A stretch of DNA of 64,000 bases. Origin: Myxococcota bacterium. GTDB lineage: Bacteria > Myxococcota_A > UBA9160 > JAFDDA01. Where the stretch lies: positions 4,832,001 to 4,896,000 of the forward strand of contig OZ245817.1 of the NCBI GenBank assembly GCA_965228475.1, in the 5' to 3' direction. The notes under the pieces were generated by a model that ran no database searches, was not told where the DNA came from, and saw nothing but the letters and a program-made list of their open reading frames with translations. Both the position numbers and the translations under genes were made by a program. Shown here piece by piece: positions 31,536-41,974 of this stretch (its first letter is position 1; each line of letters opens with the position of its first letter).

Positions 31536-32440
31536 GGGGCCGGGTCACCCGCCGCGGGCCCGGCGAGATCGCCGTGCACGCTTCGCGCGAGCAGACGCAG
31601 GGCTTCGTCGAGGGCCGGGCCGGGGAGGGTCGCCGCGCCGGAAGGGATCGAGACGACGCGCTTCTCCCGCACGGCCGGCAGCGAGGGCCAGCGCGCCCAG
31701 TAGTCGGGAGCGGGCTCGGCGTCGTGGCTCGCGTCGAGGATCACCTCCGGCGCCCGGGCCACGAGCCACTCGAGCGAGATCCTCGGGTAGGAGCCCTCCA
31801 CCTCGCGGCCGAGGTTGCGCGCGCCGGCGCTCGCGAGCATCTCGTCGATGAAGTTCCCGCCGCCGACCACGAAGAGCGGATCGCGCTGGAGGACGAGCAC
31901 GGCCGAACGAACCGGACGGCCGGCGACGGCGGCCTCCACCTCGGCCCGCGCGGCGCGGATGGCCGCGACCCGCTCGCGTGCCTTCGCCTCGCTTCCGGTG
32001 ATGCGCCCGAGCCGCGCGATGGAAGCGAGCACCTCGTCGAAACGCACCGGGTTGAACCCCTCGACGGCGATGCCGAGCTCCGCGAGGCGCCCGTGGAAGT
32101 CGCGCTGCTCGGCGCTCGGCACGAGCAGCACGAGATCCGGCGCGAGCGCCGCGAGAGATTCGAGGTTCGGCGTGTAGAGCCCGCCCACCGAAGGCAGCTC
32201 CGCGAGCACCGGATTCTGCTTCTTCGACCAGTCGTCGACGCCGACCAGCCGTTCACCCGCGCCGAGCGCCAGCACGATCGCCGTGAGCGAAGGGTTCAGC
32301 GAGACCACCCGGCGGGCCCCTTCGGACGTGCCGTCGGCCCATGCCGCTGGAATCCCGAGCGCGCCGATGGCCAGGCCGCAGAGTGCCGCCAGGAGCGCTC
32401 GTCTTCGAACGCGGATCATCGGAAGGGGCCGGGGGTCCAT
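31532..32440 (-). CDS. Helical-backbone substrate-binding protein (BtuF-like, cobalamin/siderophore)
   Basis: RVVSLNPSLT, LVGV, PNLE, PDLV, PGP. Confidence 0.85.
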   Translation of the reverse strand: MDPRPLPMIRVRRRALLAALCGLAIGALGIPAAWADGTSEGARRVVSLNPSLTAIVLALGAGERLVGVDDWSKKQNPVLAELPSVGGLYTPNLESLAALAPDLVLLVPSAEQRDFHGRLAELGIAVEGFNPVRFDEVLASIARLGRITGSEAKARERVAAIRAARAEVEAAVAGRPVRSAVLVLQRDPLFVVGGGNFIDEMLASAGARNLGREVEGSYPRISLEWLVARAPEVILDASHDAEPAPDYWARWPSLPAVREKRVVSIPSGAATLPGPALDEALRLLARSVHGDLAGPAAGDPAP

Positions 32441-32490
32441 GGCGCGGGATGATACCCGCCCCCAGCGACCCCCGGCCCGGTGACCGCCGG

Positions 32491-32805
32491 CTAGCGGACT
32501 TTCGCGGTGGTCTTCCCGCTCACGGCCAGGAAGGGCCGAAGCCGCTCGAGCAGGGCATCCCCGATGCCCTTCACCGCGACCAGCTCGTCCACCTTGCGGA
32601 ACCCTCCGCGGGCGGTGCGTTCGCTCACGATGGCGCGGGCCCGGGCCTCACCGACCCCCGGCAGCAGCTGCAGCTCCTGGGCGCTCGCCGTGTTCACGTT
32701 CACCACGCCCGAGAGCGTCGCGGCGCTCGCACCCGGAACGACGAGGGCGAGAGCCAGTGCGCACACGGCCAGGAGGCCGCGCAGCCCGTTCATTCGATCG
32801 ATCAT
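32491..32805 (-). CDS. ComEA-family helix-hairpin-helix DNA-binding protein
   Basis: VNVNTASAQELQLLPGVG..RA..IV..R...GGF...EL..VKGIG; signal peptide. Confidence 0.9.
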   Translation of the reverse strand: MIDRMNGLRGLLAVCALALALVVPGASAATLSGVVNVNTASAQELQLLPGVGEARARAIVSERTARGGFRKVDELVAVKGIGDALLERLRPFLAVSGKTTAKVR

Positions 32806-32869
32806 GTGGAGGATCTCCCCGGGACCAGACGGGGAAGGAAGGGTTCCGGCCGGCGCTTGCCGGCGGCGG

Positions 32870-33922
32870 TCAGTTCTCCCGGCCGACGGCGTAGTCCGCC
32901 GCGGCGAGCAGCGCGCGCTTGCCCGAGCCGTCGGGGAAGGGCTCGATGCTCGCGATCGCACTCTTCGCCAGATCGCGCGCACGGCGCACGGTGTCTTCGA
33001 CGCCGCGGTACTGCTCGACCAGCCCGATCACCGGCGAGAGGTCCACGCCTTCGATCGCGTCTTCGCGCTCCTCCGGCACCGCTTCGCCGTGGGCCGCGGC
33101 CTTGGCGAGCGCCTTCAGTACGTTCACGATCTCACCGCGCTCGGCCGGCGTGCTGCGCTTGAGCGTCATCAGCAGCGGCAGCGTGACCTTGCCTTCCCGC
33201 AGATCGTCGTAGGCGCGCTTTCCGAGTTCTTCATCGCTGCCCGAGTAGTCGAGCGCGTCGTCCCGAAGCTGGAAGGCCAGGCCGACGCCGCGGCCGAACT
33301 CCGAGAGCCGGCGCCGCTCGCCGCGCGTCACCGAGCCGAGGATGGAGCCCGCCTCGGCGGCGGCCGAGAGCAGGGCGGCGCTCTTGCGCTCGATCACGTC
33401 GAAGTAGACGCCCTCGGTCACCTCCGGGTCGAAGCCGCGCGCGAGCTGGAGCAGCTCGCCCTCGGCCATGCGCCGGATCGTGTCCGAGAAGAGCCATTGG
33501 ATCTCGGGGTCGCCGTCTTCGACGATCATCGAAGACGCGCGTGCATAGAGATAGTCGCCGACGAGCACGGCGCGGCGGTTGCCGTACACGGCGTGGGCCG
33601 CCGGGCGGCCGCGGCGCAGCTCCGAGAGATCGACCACGTCGTCGTGCAGGAGGGTCGCGGTGTGGAGGAGTTCGACGCTCGCCGCGATCTGCACCCGGCG
33701 CGGGCCGTCGTAGCCGCACATCTCGGCGGCGAAGAAGAGCAGGGCCGGGCGGATCCGCTTGCCGCCGGAGGACAGGACGTGCTCGCCGACGAGGGCGACC
33801 GCCTCGCTCTGGGCAGCGAGCTGCTCGCGCATGGCACGTTCGACCTGCTCGAGGCCCGGCGCAATCCGGTCGAGGGCTTCGGCGATCGGGGCGGCGAGGC
33901 CGCTCGCGGGGGTTCCCGACAT
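32870..33922 (-). CDS. ispB: Polyprenyl (octaprenyl-like) diphosphate synthase
   Basis: GGKRIRP, LLHDDVVD..RRG, FQLRDDALD, GK.TLP. Confidence 0.85.
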   Translation of the reverse strand: MSGTPASGLAAPIAEALDRIAPGLEQVERAMREQLAAQSEAVALVGEHVLSSGGKRIRPALLFFAAEMCGYDGPRRVQIAASVELLHTATLLHDDVVDLSELRRGRPAAHAVYGNRRAVLVGDYLYARASSMIVEDGDPEIQWLFSDTIRRMAEGELLQLARGFDPEVTEGVYFDVIERKSAALLSAAAEAGSILGSVTRGERRRLSEFGRGVGLAFQLRDDALDYSGSDEELGKRAYDDLREGKVTLPLLMTLKRSTPAERGEIVNVLKALAKAAAHGEAVPEEREDAIEGVDLSPVIGLVEQYRGVEDTVRRARDLAKSAIASIEPFPDGSGKRALLAAADYAVGREN

Positions 33923-34040
33923 CTCGGTCAACCTAGCCCGCCCTTGCCCGAGCGTCAAAGGCCCGATCCGCAAAAACGTTCGCAAAATCAGACGGTTAAC
34001 CCGGATCTACCCCCCTCGAGACCGGCCGGGCCCGCGCCGC

Positions 34041-34074
34041 ACCGTCACCCGGCGCGCGCCGGGCGGTTGACGGT
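34041..34074. promoter_or_regulatory. BirA-like operator overlapping the bioB -35 element
   Basis: ACCGTCACCC-N14-GGTTGACGGT; TTGACG lies in the right arm, TAGCCT 18 nt downstream. Confidence 0.6.
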
Positions 34075-34139
34075 CGACCCCGGGTCGCCGTAGCCTCGCG
34101 CGATCCCAAACGAATTCCCGAGTCCCCCAGGAGACCCCC

Positions 34140-35243
34140 GTGCTCGAACGCTACTCCCAGCTCGCCGAACGCGCCCTGCGCGACGAGCCGGTCCGCGAGG
34201 CCGACGCCCACTGGATCCTCGACGGCGACGACGTCGCCCTCCTCCCCCTGCTCCACGCGGCCTTCGTCCCGCGCGAGCATCACCACGGCCGCCGGGTGAA
34301 GGTCCACGTCCTGAACAACATCCAGAACGGCCTCTGCCCCGAGGACTGCGGCTACTGCTCGCAATCGCGCGACTCCGACGCCGCCATCCGCAAGTACCCG
34401 CTCAAGTCCGACGCCGAGATCCTCGCCGAGGCCGAGGCCGCCGCCGCCTCGGGCGCGAGCCGCTACTGCATGGTCGCCTCGGGCCGCGGGCCGACCCTCG
34501 AACGCACGCGCAAGCTCGCGGACCTCGTGCGGGAGATCAAAGGCCGCTGGCCGATCGAAGTCTGCATCTCGGCCGGGCTCCTCGAAGAAGAGCACGCCCG
34601 CATCCTCGCCGACGCCGGCCTCGACCGCTTCAACCACAACCTGAACACGAGCGAATCCCACTACGGCGAGATCTGCTCGACCCATACCTACGGGGATCGC
34701 GTGCGCACGCTCCAGGCCGTGAAGAAGTGCGGCATCGAGCCGTGCAGCGGCCTGATCATGGGGATGGGCGAGACGAGCGACGACCTCGTCGAGGTGGCCT
34801 TCCGCCTGCGCGAGCTCGAGGTGCCCTCGATCCCGGTGAACTTCCTGATCCCCATCGACGGGAACCCCGTGCGCCGCGACGGCACGCTCTCGCCCGAGCG
34901 CTGCCTGCGCGCACTGGCGCTGATGCGGCTCGTGAACCCGCGCGCGGAGATCCGCGCCGCCGGCGGGCGCGAAGGGCATCTGCGCTCGCTCGGTGCGCTG
35001 CTGCTCTGGCCCGCGAACTCGCTCTTCGTCGAGGGCTATCTGACGACGCGCGGCGACGCCGTCGCCGAGACCTACGAGATGATCCGCGACGCCGGCTTCG
35101 AGGTCGAAGGCAACGCGGACTTCACGGGCGAGCTCCCGGAGCGCCCGGCGGCCACGCCCGGCGAGTTCCGCCTGACGGGCGGCGCCGGCGAGATCCTGAA
35201 GCCCGAGATCGCCCGCCCTGCGGGCCGCGGCGTCGGGGAGTAG
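34140..35243 (+). CDS. bioB: Biotin synthase
   Basis: CPEDCGYCSQS, NHNLNTS, CSG.I.GMGE, SIPVNFL. Confidence 0.95.
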   Translation: MLERYSQLAERALRDEPVREADAHWILDGDDVALLPLLHAAFVPREHHHGRRVKVHVLNNIQNGLCPEDCGYCSQSRDSDAAIRKYPLKSDAEILAEAEAAAASGASRYCMVASGRGPTLERTRKLADLVREIKGRWPIEVCISAGLLEEEHARILADAGLDRFNHNLNTSESHYGEICSTHTYGDRVRTLQAVKKCGIEPCSGLIMGMGETSDDLVEVAFRLRELEVPSIPVNFLIPIDGNPVRRDGTLSPERCLRALALMRLVNPRAEIRAAGGREGHLRSLGALLLWPANSLFVEGYLTTRGDAVAETYEMIRDAGFEVEGNADFTGELPERPAATPGEFRLTGGAGEILKPEIARPAGRGVGE

Positions 35244-37085
<1,842 letters not shown>

Positions 37086-37094
37086 CTCGAAACC

Positions 37095-37136
37095 CTAGGG
37101 CTCCTCACACTCGTCCTAGAGCTCCTCACACTCGTC
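37095..37136. repeat. 21-bp tandem duplication (1 mismatch) of a gene 3' end
   Basis: ctagggctcctcacactcgtc / ctagagctcctcacactcgtc. Confidence 0.85.
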
Positions 37137-39458
37137 GAGCGGCATCGAGCCGATCCAGTCCGTCATCAGCGCGACACCCTCGTCGTGCACGATCGCCTTG
37201 GCGAGCTCGGGCATCTCGATCGGCGGCACCGCCGAGTCCATGCGGAAGACCAGGATCGATTCGGCCGGGTTCCCCGGAACGATGTCGAAGGTGAAACCGC
37301 CCGAGCCGGGGCCGGCCGCGATCGGGTGCTTGCAGATGCCGAGGTTGAAGTTCTCGGGCTGGGCGGCCTGCAGCCAGAGGCTCGTGAAGCCCGCCCGGCC
37401 GACCGGACTGTGGCAGTGCGCGCAGTTCGACTCGAGGTAGGCGCGCGCGCGCTCGGCCAGGGTGCCGTCGGTCGGATCGTCCCAGACCGGGAGCCGCGGC
37501 TCGTTCTCCGGCACCACCGCCACGTCGAGGATGCCGAGATCGTGCCAGGTCACGAGCTGATTCGTCGTGCCCGTGGCGTCGCCCGGGTCGGGCCGGTTCA
37601 ACAGGCGCGCCTTCGGGCCGATTACGTCCATCGGATCGTTGAAGCCGGTGTGGCAGCCCGCGCACTGGTTCGCGTCCGGCACTTCGTAGACGATCGACGC
37701 TTCGCTCCCGTCCGTGCGCAGCAGGTCGACCGCGACGGCCGCGCCTTCGGGCGTGAAGGCCGCCTCGGTCTCGTCCTCGTTCCAGAGGTAGACGAGCGCC
37801 TTCCAGCCCGCTTCGCGGTGGATCAGCAGGCGCGTCTCGACGATCTGCTCGCCGCCGCCCGGAAGATCGAACGTGAACGTCTTGGTGATGATCGTGCCGA
37901 CCGGGAAGTCGAACACGTCGGCGGCGTTGTACGTCGCGGTCTCGCCCTCGGGTACGAAGGCGAAGCGGTACTTGTTCGCGTAGTCCGAGAAGAGCGGCGT
38001 CGTCAGGTCGTAGAGCACGCCGCGCTCGGTCGCGGGGCCGCGCGGGTCGTTCCCTGCGAAGAGGTTGTAGTCCGAGAGGTTCGGACAGTTGGCCTCGATC
38101 GCGCCCCAGTTGGGTCCGCTTCCCGGGTCCGCACCGCACAGCGCGGCCGTCTCCTCGGGCGAGAGCGGCTCCGAGCCCTCCGGCAGCGGCAGGCGGTCGC
38201 GCAGCACGATCGGCGCGATCGGCGGGTGTTCGCAGTCGAAGGGCGCTTCGTCGTAGCGGTCGACGCCCGGGAAGGCCGTTCCGAGCACGCCCCAGGGATG
38301 GTCCCCGTCCGCGCCCGCTTCGTTGTCGTGGAAGCAGACGCGCAGCGGGTCGGGGAGGAGCTCTTCGGGGCCGAGCCCGTAGTCGGGGTTCCGGATGCGG
38401 TCCCACCAGGCGTCCGGCAGGTCGTTCTGGAACTGGAAGGCGATGACCTGCCCGATCAGGTTCTGCGGAATCGCGCTGTTGTTGTTCATCCGGTTGTGGT
38501 GGACGTGGATGGTCTCGGGGAACACGTCGAAGGCCGGGTCGTAGGGGAGCAGCGTCAGCTCGAAGCTGATCAGCGCGATGCCCGAGGTCAGGTTGTCGTA
38601 GATGTCGTTCTCGAAGATCTCGACGTTGTCCATCGCCATCACGAGGATGCCGATGCCCGAGGGCACGAGCACGAGCAGCGGCGAGGAGCCGAAGTTCGGG
38701 CCGTTGTTGTCGTAGAGCCAGTTGTGGTGGACGCGCGCCGTGCCGCCGACGCGGTTGATGCCCGGGTCGTCGAAGACGAGGATGCCGGCCGTGTTCCCGG
38801 TGGCGATGTTGTGGTGGACGTCTGAGTTCGTGGTGTTCTCGATCTCGATGCCGGCGACGTTGCCCTCGAGGTAGTTGAACCGGACCACCGCGTTGTTCGA
38901 CTGGCCGACGTAGATGCCCGTGTCCTCGGCGCCCTTGATGTAGCAGTACTCGACGAGCACGTTCTCGCTGTTCACCGGGTACACGCCGTAGGGCCCGTTG
39001 TTCGGGTCCGCGAAGCTCTCCCACTCGACCCACACGCGGCGGATGGTCACGCCGTCGACCGCGTCCGCTTTCACGCCGTCACCCGGCGGGTTCATGATGC
39101 GCAGGTCGTGGATCAGGAACTCGTCGCCGAAGGCCGAGAAGGCCTGGGCTCCGGATGCGCCCGAGAAATCGAAGATCGTCTTGTCCATGCCCTGGCCGCG
39201 CACGGTCACGTGGCTCTCGGCGAAGGTCAGGCCCTGGGTCATGACGAAGGTGCCCTCGCCGAACTCGAGGATCGTTCCGGGCGTCGAGAGGTTCACCGCG
39301 CGCCGCACGCGCGTCTCGAAGGCCAGAGCGGACTCCCCGGGCGTCGGTGCGAGGAACACGAGGGTCGTCCCGGGCGGCCCGGGCTCGAGGCGGCAGTTCA
39401 GGGTGAGAAGGGCCGTCAGGATGGCGACGCAGTGCAGCAGGGTTCGGCGAGACTTCAC
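37116..39458 (-). CDS. Lipoprotein fusion: parallel beta-helix domain plus SO2930-like diheme c-type cytochrome
   Basis: YGVYPV, D.GIYVGQS, NVAGIEIEN, GN.AGILVF; then TPLFSDYA.K.R, ETRLL, CAGCH, CAHCH. Confidence 0.8.
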   Translation of the reverse strand: MKSRRTLLHCVAILTALLTLNCRLEPGPPGTTLVFLAPTPGESALAFETRVRRAVNLSTPGTILEFGEGTFVMTQGLTFAESHVTVRGQGMDKTIFDFSGASGAQAFSAFGDEFLIHDLRIMNPPGDGVKADAVDGVTIRRVWVEWESFADPNNGPYGVYPVNSENVLVEYCYIKGAEDTGIYVGQSNNAVVRFNYLEGNVAGIEIENTTNSDVHHNIATGNTAGILVFDDPGINRVGGTARVHHNWLYDNNGPNFGSSPLLVLVPSGIGILVMAMDNVEIFENDIYDNLTSGIALISFELTLLPYDPAFDVFPETIHVHHNRMNNNSAIPQNLIGQVIAFQFQNDLPDAWWDRIRNPDYGLGPEELLPDPLRVCFHDNEAGADGDHPWGVLGTAFPGVDRYDEAPFDCEHPPIAPIVLRDRLPLPEGSEPLSPEETAALCGADPGSGPNWGAIEANCPNLSDYNLFAGNDPRGPATERGVLYDLTTPLFSDYANKYRFAFVPEGETATYNAADVFDFPVGTIITKTFTFDLPGGGEQIVETRLLIHREAGWKALVYLWNEDETEAAFTPEGAAVAVDLLRTDGSEASIVYEVPDANQCAGCHTGFNDPMDVIGPKARLLNRPDPGDATGTTNQLVTWHDLGILDVAVVPENEPRLPVWDDPTDGTLAERARAYLESNCAHCHSPVGRAGFTSLWLQAAQPENFNLGICKHPIAAGPGSGGFTFDIVPGNPAESILVFRMDSAVPPIEMPELAKAIVHDEGVALMTDWIGSMPLDECEEL

Positions 39459-40126
39459 GGAGCGTTCTCCAGGTAACGGCCCAGGTAGGCCTTGACCAAG
39501 GTCTTCATTTCATCGGCGATGGCGGGGAGCTTCACCGTGTGATCGTCGGCGGAGGGGTCGATGGCCCATCCTTGGATGCCGGTGGCCGCTTCGATGGTGG
39601 TGCGCGCCACGCACCAGCGCTTCTCCGGGTCGGGGAGCGCGGCAACGAGCTTCGGGTGCGCCGCCAGCGCGCGCGCCACCCGGGCACTCGACGCCGCGCC
39701 CTGGAGCCGGAACTCCGGCGAGAGCACGACGGTCCGGACGAGCACCTGGGTGGTGCGGTCGCGTTCGTGCTCGCTGAAGTTCGTGAGCACCATCTCGACG
39801 ATGCGGTCGACGGCCTCGTCCCAGGGCAGCGCGTAGCTGCTCTCGATCGCGGCGATGGTCTGCGCATCGAGCGCCTCGAGCCGGCGCTGCATGAGCTCGG
39901 CGAGCACGGCGAGGGCGTTCGGGAAGTACTGGTAGAGCGAACCGATCGGGACCCCCGCGCGCTCGGCGATGGCGCTCGCGGTGACCTCGTCGGCCGGGTG
40001 ATCCCCGAGCAGGGACTCCGCCGCCTCGAGCAGGCGCTCGACGCGCTTTCGCCCGCGCTCCTGGACCGGGAGGCGGCGGCGGGCGAGGCGGGAGGGTTCG
40101 GGCGCGGGCTGGGCGTGGGTCGGCAT
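39455..40126 (-). CDS. TetR/AcrR family transcriptional regulator
   Basis: PVQERG, IAERAGVPIGSLYQYFPN; stop overlaps the fusion-gene start. Confidence 0.9.
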   Translation of the reverse strand: MPTHAQPAPEPSRLARRRLPVQERGRKRVERLLEAAESLLGDHPADEVTASAIAERAGVPIGSLYQYFPNALAVLAELMQRRLEALDAQTIAAIESSYALPWDEAVDRIVEMVLTNFSEHERDRTTQVLVRTVVLSPEFRLQGAASSARVARALAAHPKLVAALPDPEKRWCVARTTIEAATGIQGWAIDPSADDHTVKLPAIADEMKTLVKAYLGRYLENAP

Positions 40127-40139
40127 GGAGTCCCGGAAA

Positions 40140-40182
40140 GTGAGGGAGGCTCATATTAAGCGCTCGGCCGGGATCGACTCAA
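40140..40182 (-). promoter_or_regulatory. Putative sigma70 promoter with adjacent TetR-like operator
   Basis: TTGAGT-18-TAATAT on minus strand, then palindrome TGAG-N5-CTCA (40141-40153). Confidence 0.45.
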
Positions 40183-40247
40183 GCCCGAATTTCGGCTCTT
40201 CCGGGTGGCTTCAGGGCGCCAGGAGCCCGAGAAGCCCCCGAAACGCG

Positions 40248-40287
40248 ACCGGCCCCTCCCGCGGCGAGCGCGAGAGGGGCCGGTTTT
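40248..40287. terminator. Stem-loop downstream of PEP-CTERM gene
   Basis: accggcccctc...gaggggccggt; T-run is on the plus strand. Confidence 0.5.
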
Positions 40288-40305
40288 CGGTGCTGCGTTC
40301 GGCGG

Positions 40306-41118
40306 CTAGGCCGAGCGGCGGCGGTGCAGCGCGGCGGCTGCGGCCAGGACGAGCAGGCCGAGGCTCGGCTCCGGCACCGCGGTGATGCCGGTCGGGTCCA
40401 GGAAGCTCATCTCGAGGCTGTCGAAGGCCGAGGCCAGGCTGTTGCGCGTGGCGCTGGCCGAGAGGTGCGACCAGACGAAGAAGCGGTCGCCGTCGCTGAC
40501 GTCGCACTGGACGGAGCCGTTCAGGATCTGGACGCCCGCGTTGGCCGTGACCGACATGTCGAAGACGTCACCGCACTGTTCAAGGCCGGGTTCGCCCGGG
40601 ACGATTTCGAACAGGAACGTCCCCGGGTCCGTCGAGTGCGGGAGATCGTCGCCGAGCACGAGCGCCACGGTGCCGCGGATGCGCGCGTCGAGGGCGCTCG
40701 ACCCAATCGGCGTCTCGGCGTTTCCGATCAGCGAGATGTTGAGAACGATCGTCGACGCGGGGCCCGAGTAGTCGAAGCCCCGGTAGCCGGTGGAACCCAC
40801 GCTGACACGGGCGTTCGGCTCCGCGTCGGCCAGGGCGCGCAGGTGCGGCAACCCGTCCGGGCCCGTGAAGTCGGCGCGGCCCTGACCGATGCCGTGACCG
40901 AACGTCGCCGTGTTGTCGAAATTCACGAGGGCGAGGGTCTCGTTCGGGCCGCCGTCGAAGGCGAAATCCGAGGTGCCGCCGCTGCCGCCACAGAAGCTCG
41001 GGCAGGGCGAAATGGAACCGACGCCGACCTCGGCGCCGATCGTGGCGGCGGAGGCAGCTCCGGCAAGGGGCAGGCTCAACAGGGCGGCCGCGAGGACCGC
41101 GCGCGAAATCCGTGACAT
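40306..41118 (-). CDS. PEP-CTERM surface protein
   Basis: Signal peptide; C-terminal VPEP, TM helix and RRR. Confidence 0.85.
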   Translation of the reverse strand: MSRISRAVLAAALLSLPLAGAASAATIGAEVGVGSISPCPSFCGGSGGTSDFAFDGGPNETLALVNFDNTATFGHGIGQGRADFTGPDGLPHLRALADAEPNARVSVGSTGYRGFDYSGPASTIVLNISLIGNAETPIGSSALDARIRGTVALVLGDDLPHSTDPGTFLFEIVPGEPGLEQCGDVFDMSVTANAGVQILNGSVQCDVSDGDRFFVWSHLSASATRNSLASAFDSLEMSFLDPTGITAVPEPSLGLLVLAAAAALHRRRSA

Positions 41119-41255
41119 ACAACGATTCTCCATCCCCGAGGGAAGGTGCGGGGTACGGAGGATGTGGCGGGATCGGGCCCTCAGGTGGCGGCCGGAACGC
41201 CCACTTTCGTCAGATTTTTCGGGTGTCTGGGGCGAGACGCCCCGGGGCCTCGCAG

Positions 41256-41963
41256 CTAGCCGCGAAGCGCCGCCGCGATCTCTTCCTGGATGGCCTCGGC
41301 GGCGGCGCGCGGGTCGCGCGCTTCCCGGATCGGCCGGCCGACGACCAGGTAGTCCGAGCCGTTCGCCAGGGCCTGGCTCGGAGAGACGACCCGCTTCTGG
41401 TCGTCGTCGTTGTGGACGGGGCGGATGCCCGGCGTGACGGCGAGCAGCTTCCCCTCGGTCTCCTGCTTGATGCGCTCGACCTCGAGGCCGGAGGAGACGA
41501 CGCCGTCGCAGCCGAGCTCGAGGGCGCGGCGGGCCCGCGAGAGCACGAGGGCCTCGATGTCACAGTCGAAGCCGAGGTCGGTGAGGTCGCCGCGGTCGAG
41601 GCTCGTGAGGGCCGTGACGGCCAGGACCTTGAGGCTCGGCCCCTTGGCGTTGGCGGCGGCGCGGAGCATCGCGTCGTTGCCGTGGACCGTTACGAAGTGC
41701 ACCCCGGCCCGGGCGACCTGGCGGACGGCCGCCGCGACGGTGGCGGGGATGTCGAAGAGCTTCAGGTCGAGGAAGATCTTCTTGCCGCGCGAGCGGAGCT
41801 CCTCGACGAGCCCGGTGTGGTCGCCGGCCAGGAAGAGCTCGAACCCCACCTTGTAGAAGACGACCGCCGGGCCGAGCTCGTCGACGAGATCGAAGGCCTC
41901 CTCGTGGCTCGGGACGTCGAGGGGGACGATCAGGCGTTCGCGCGGGTCGATCGGTTGGCTCAT
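41256..41963 (-). CDS. pyrF: Orotidine-5'-phosphate decarboxylase
   Basis: IFLDLKLFDIPATV, VTPGIRP, DDQKR, VVGRPI. Confidence 0.96.
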   Translation of the reverse strand: MSQPIDPRERLIVPLDVPSHEEAFDLVDELGPAVVFYKVGFELFLAGDHTGLVEELRSRGKKIFLDLKLFDIPATVAAAVRQVARAGVHFVTVHGNDAMLRAAANAKGPSLKVLAVTALTSLDRGDLTDLGFDCDIEALVLSRARRALELGCDGVVSSGLEVERIKQETEGKLLAVTPGIRPVHNDDDQKRVVSPSQALANGSDYLVVGRPIREARDPRAAAEAIQEEIAAALRG

Positions 41964-41974
41964 CGCGCCCGATC

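Noticed and set aside
32440..32491. Cobalamin riboswitch or Fur box upstream of the ABC transporter
   Set aside because: Only ~50 bp of spacer, with no B12 box or Fur consensus visible.
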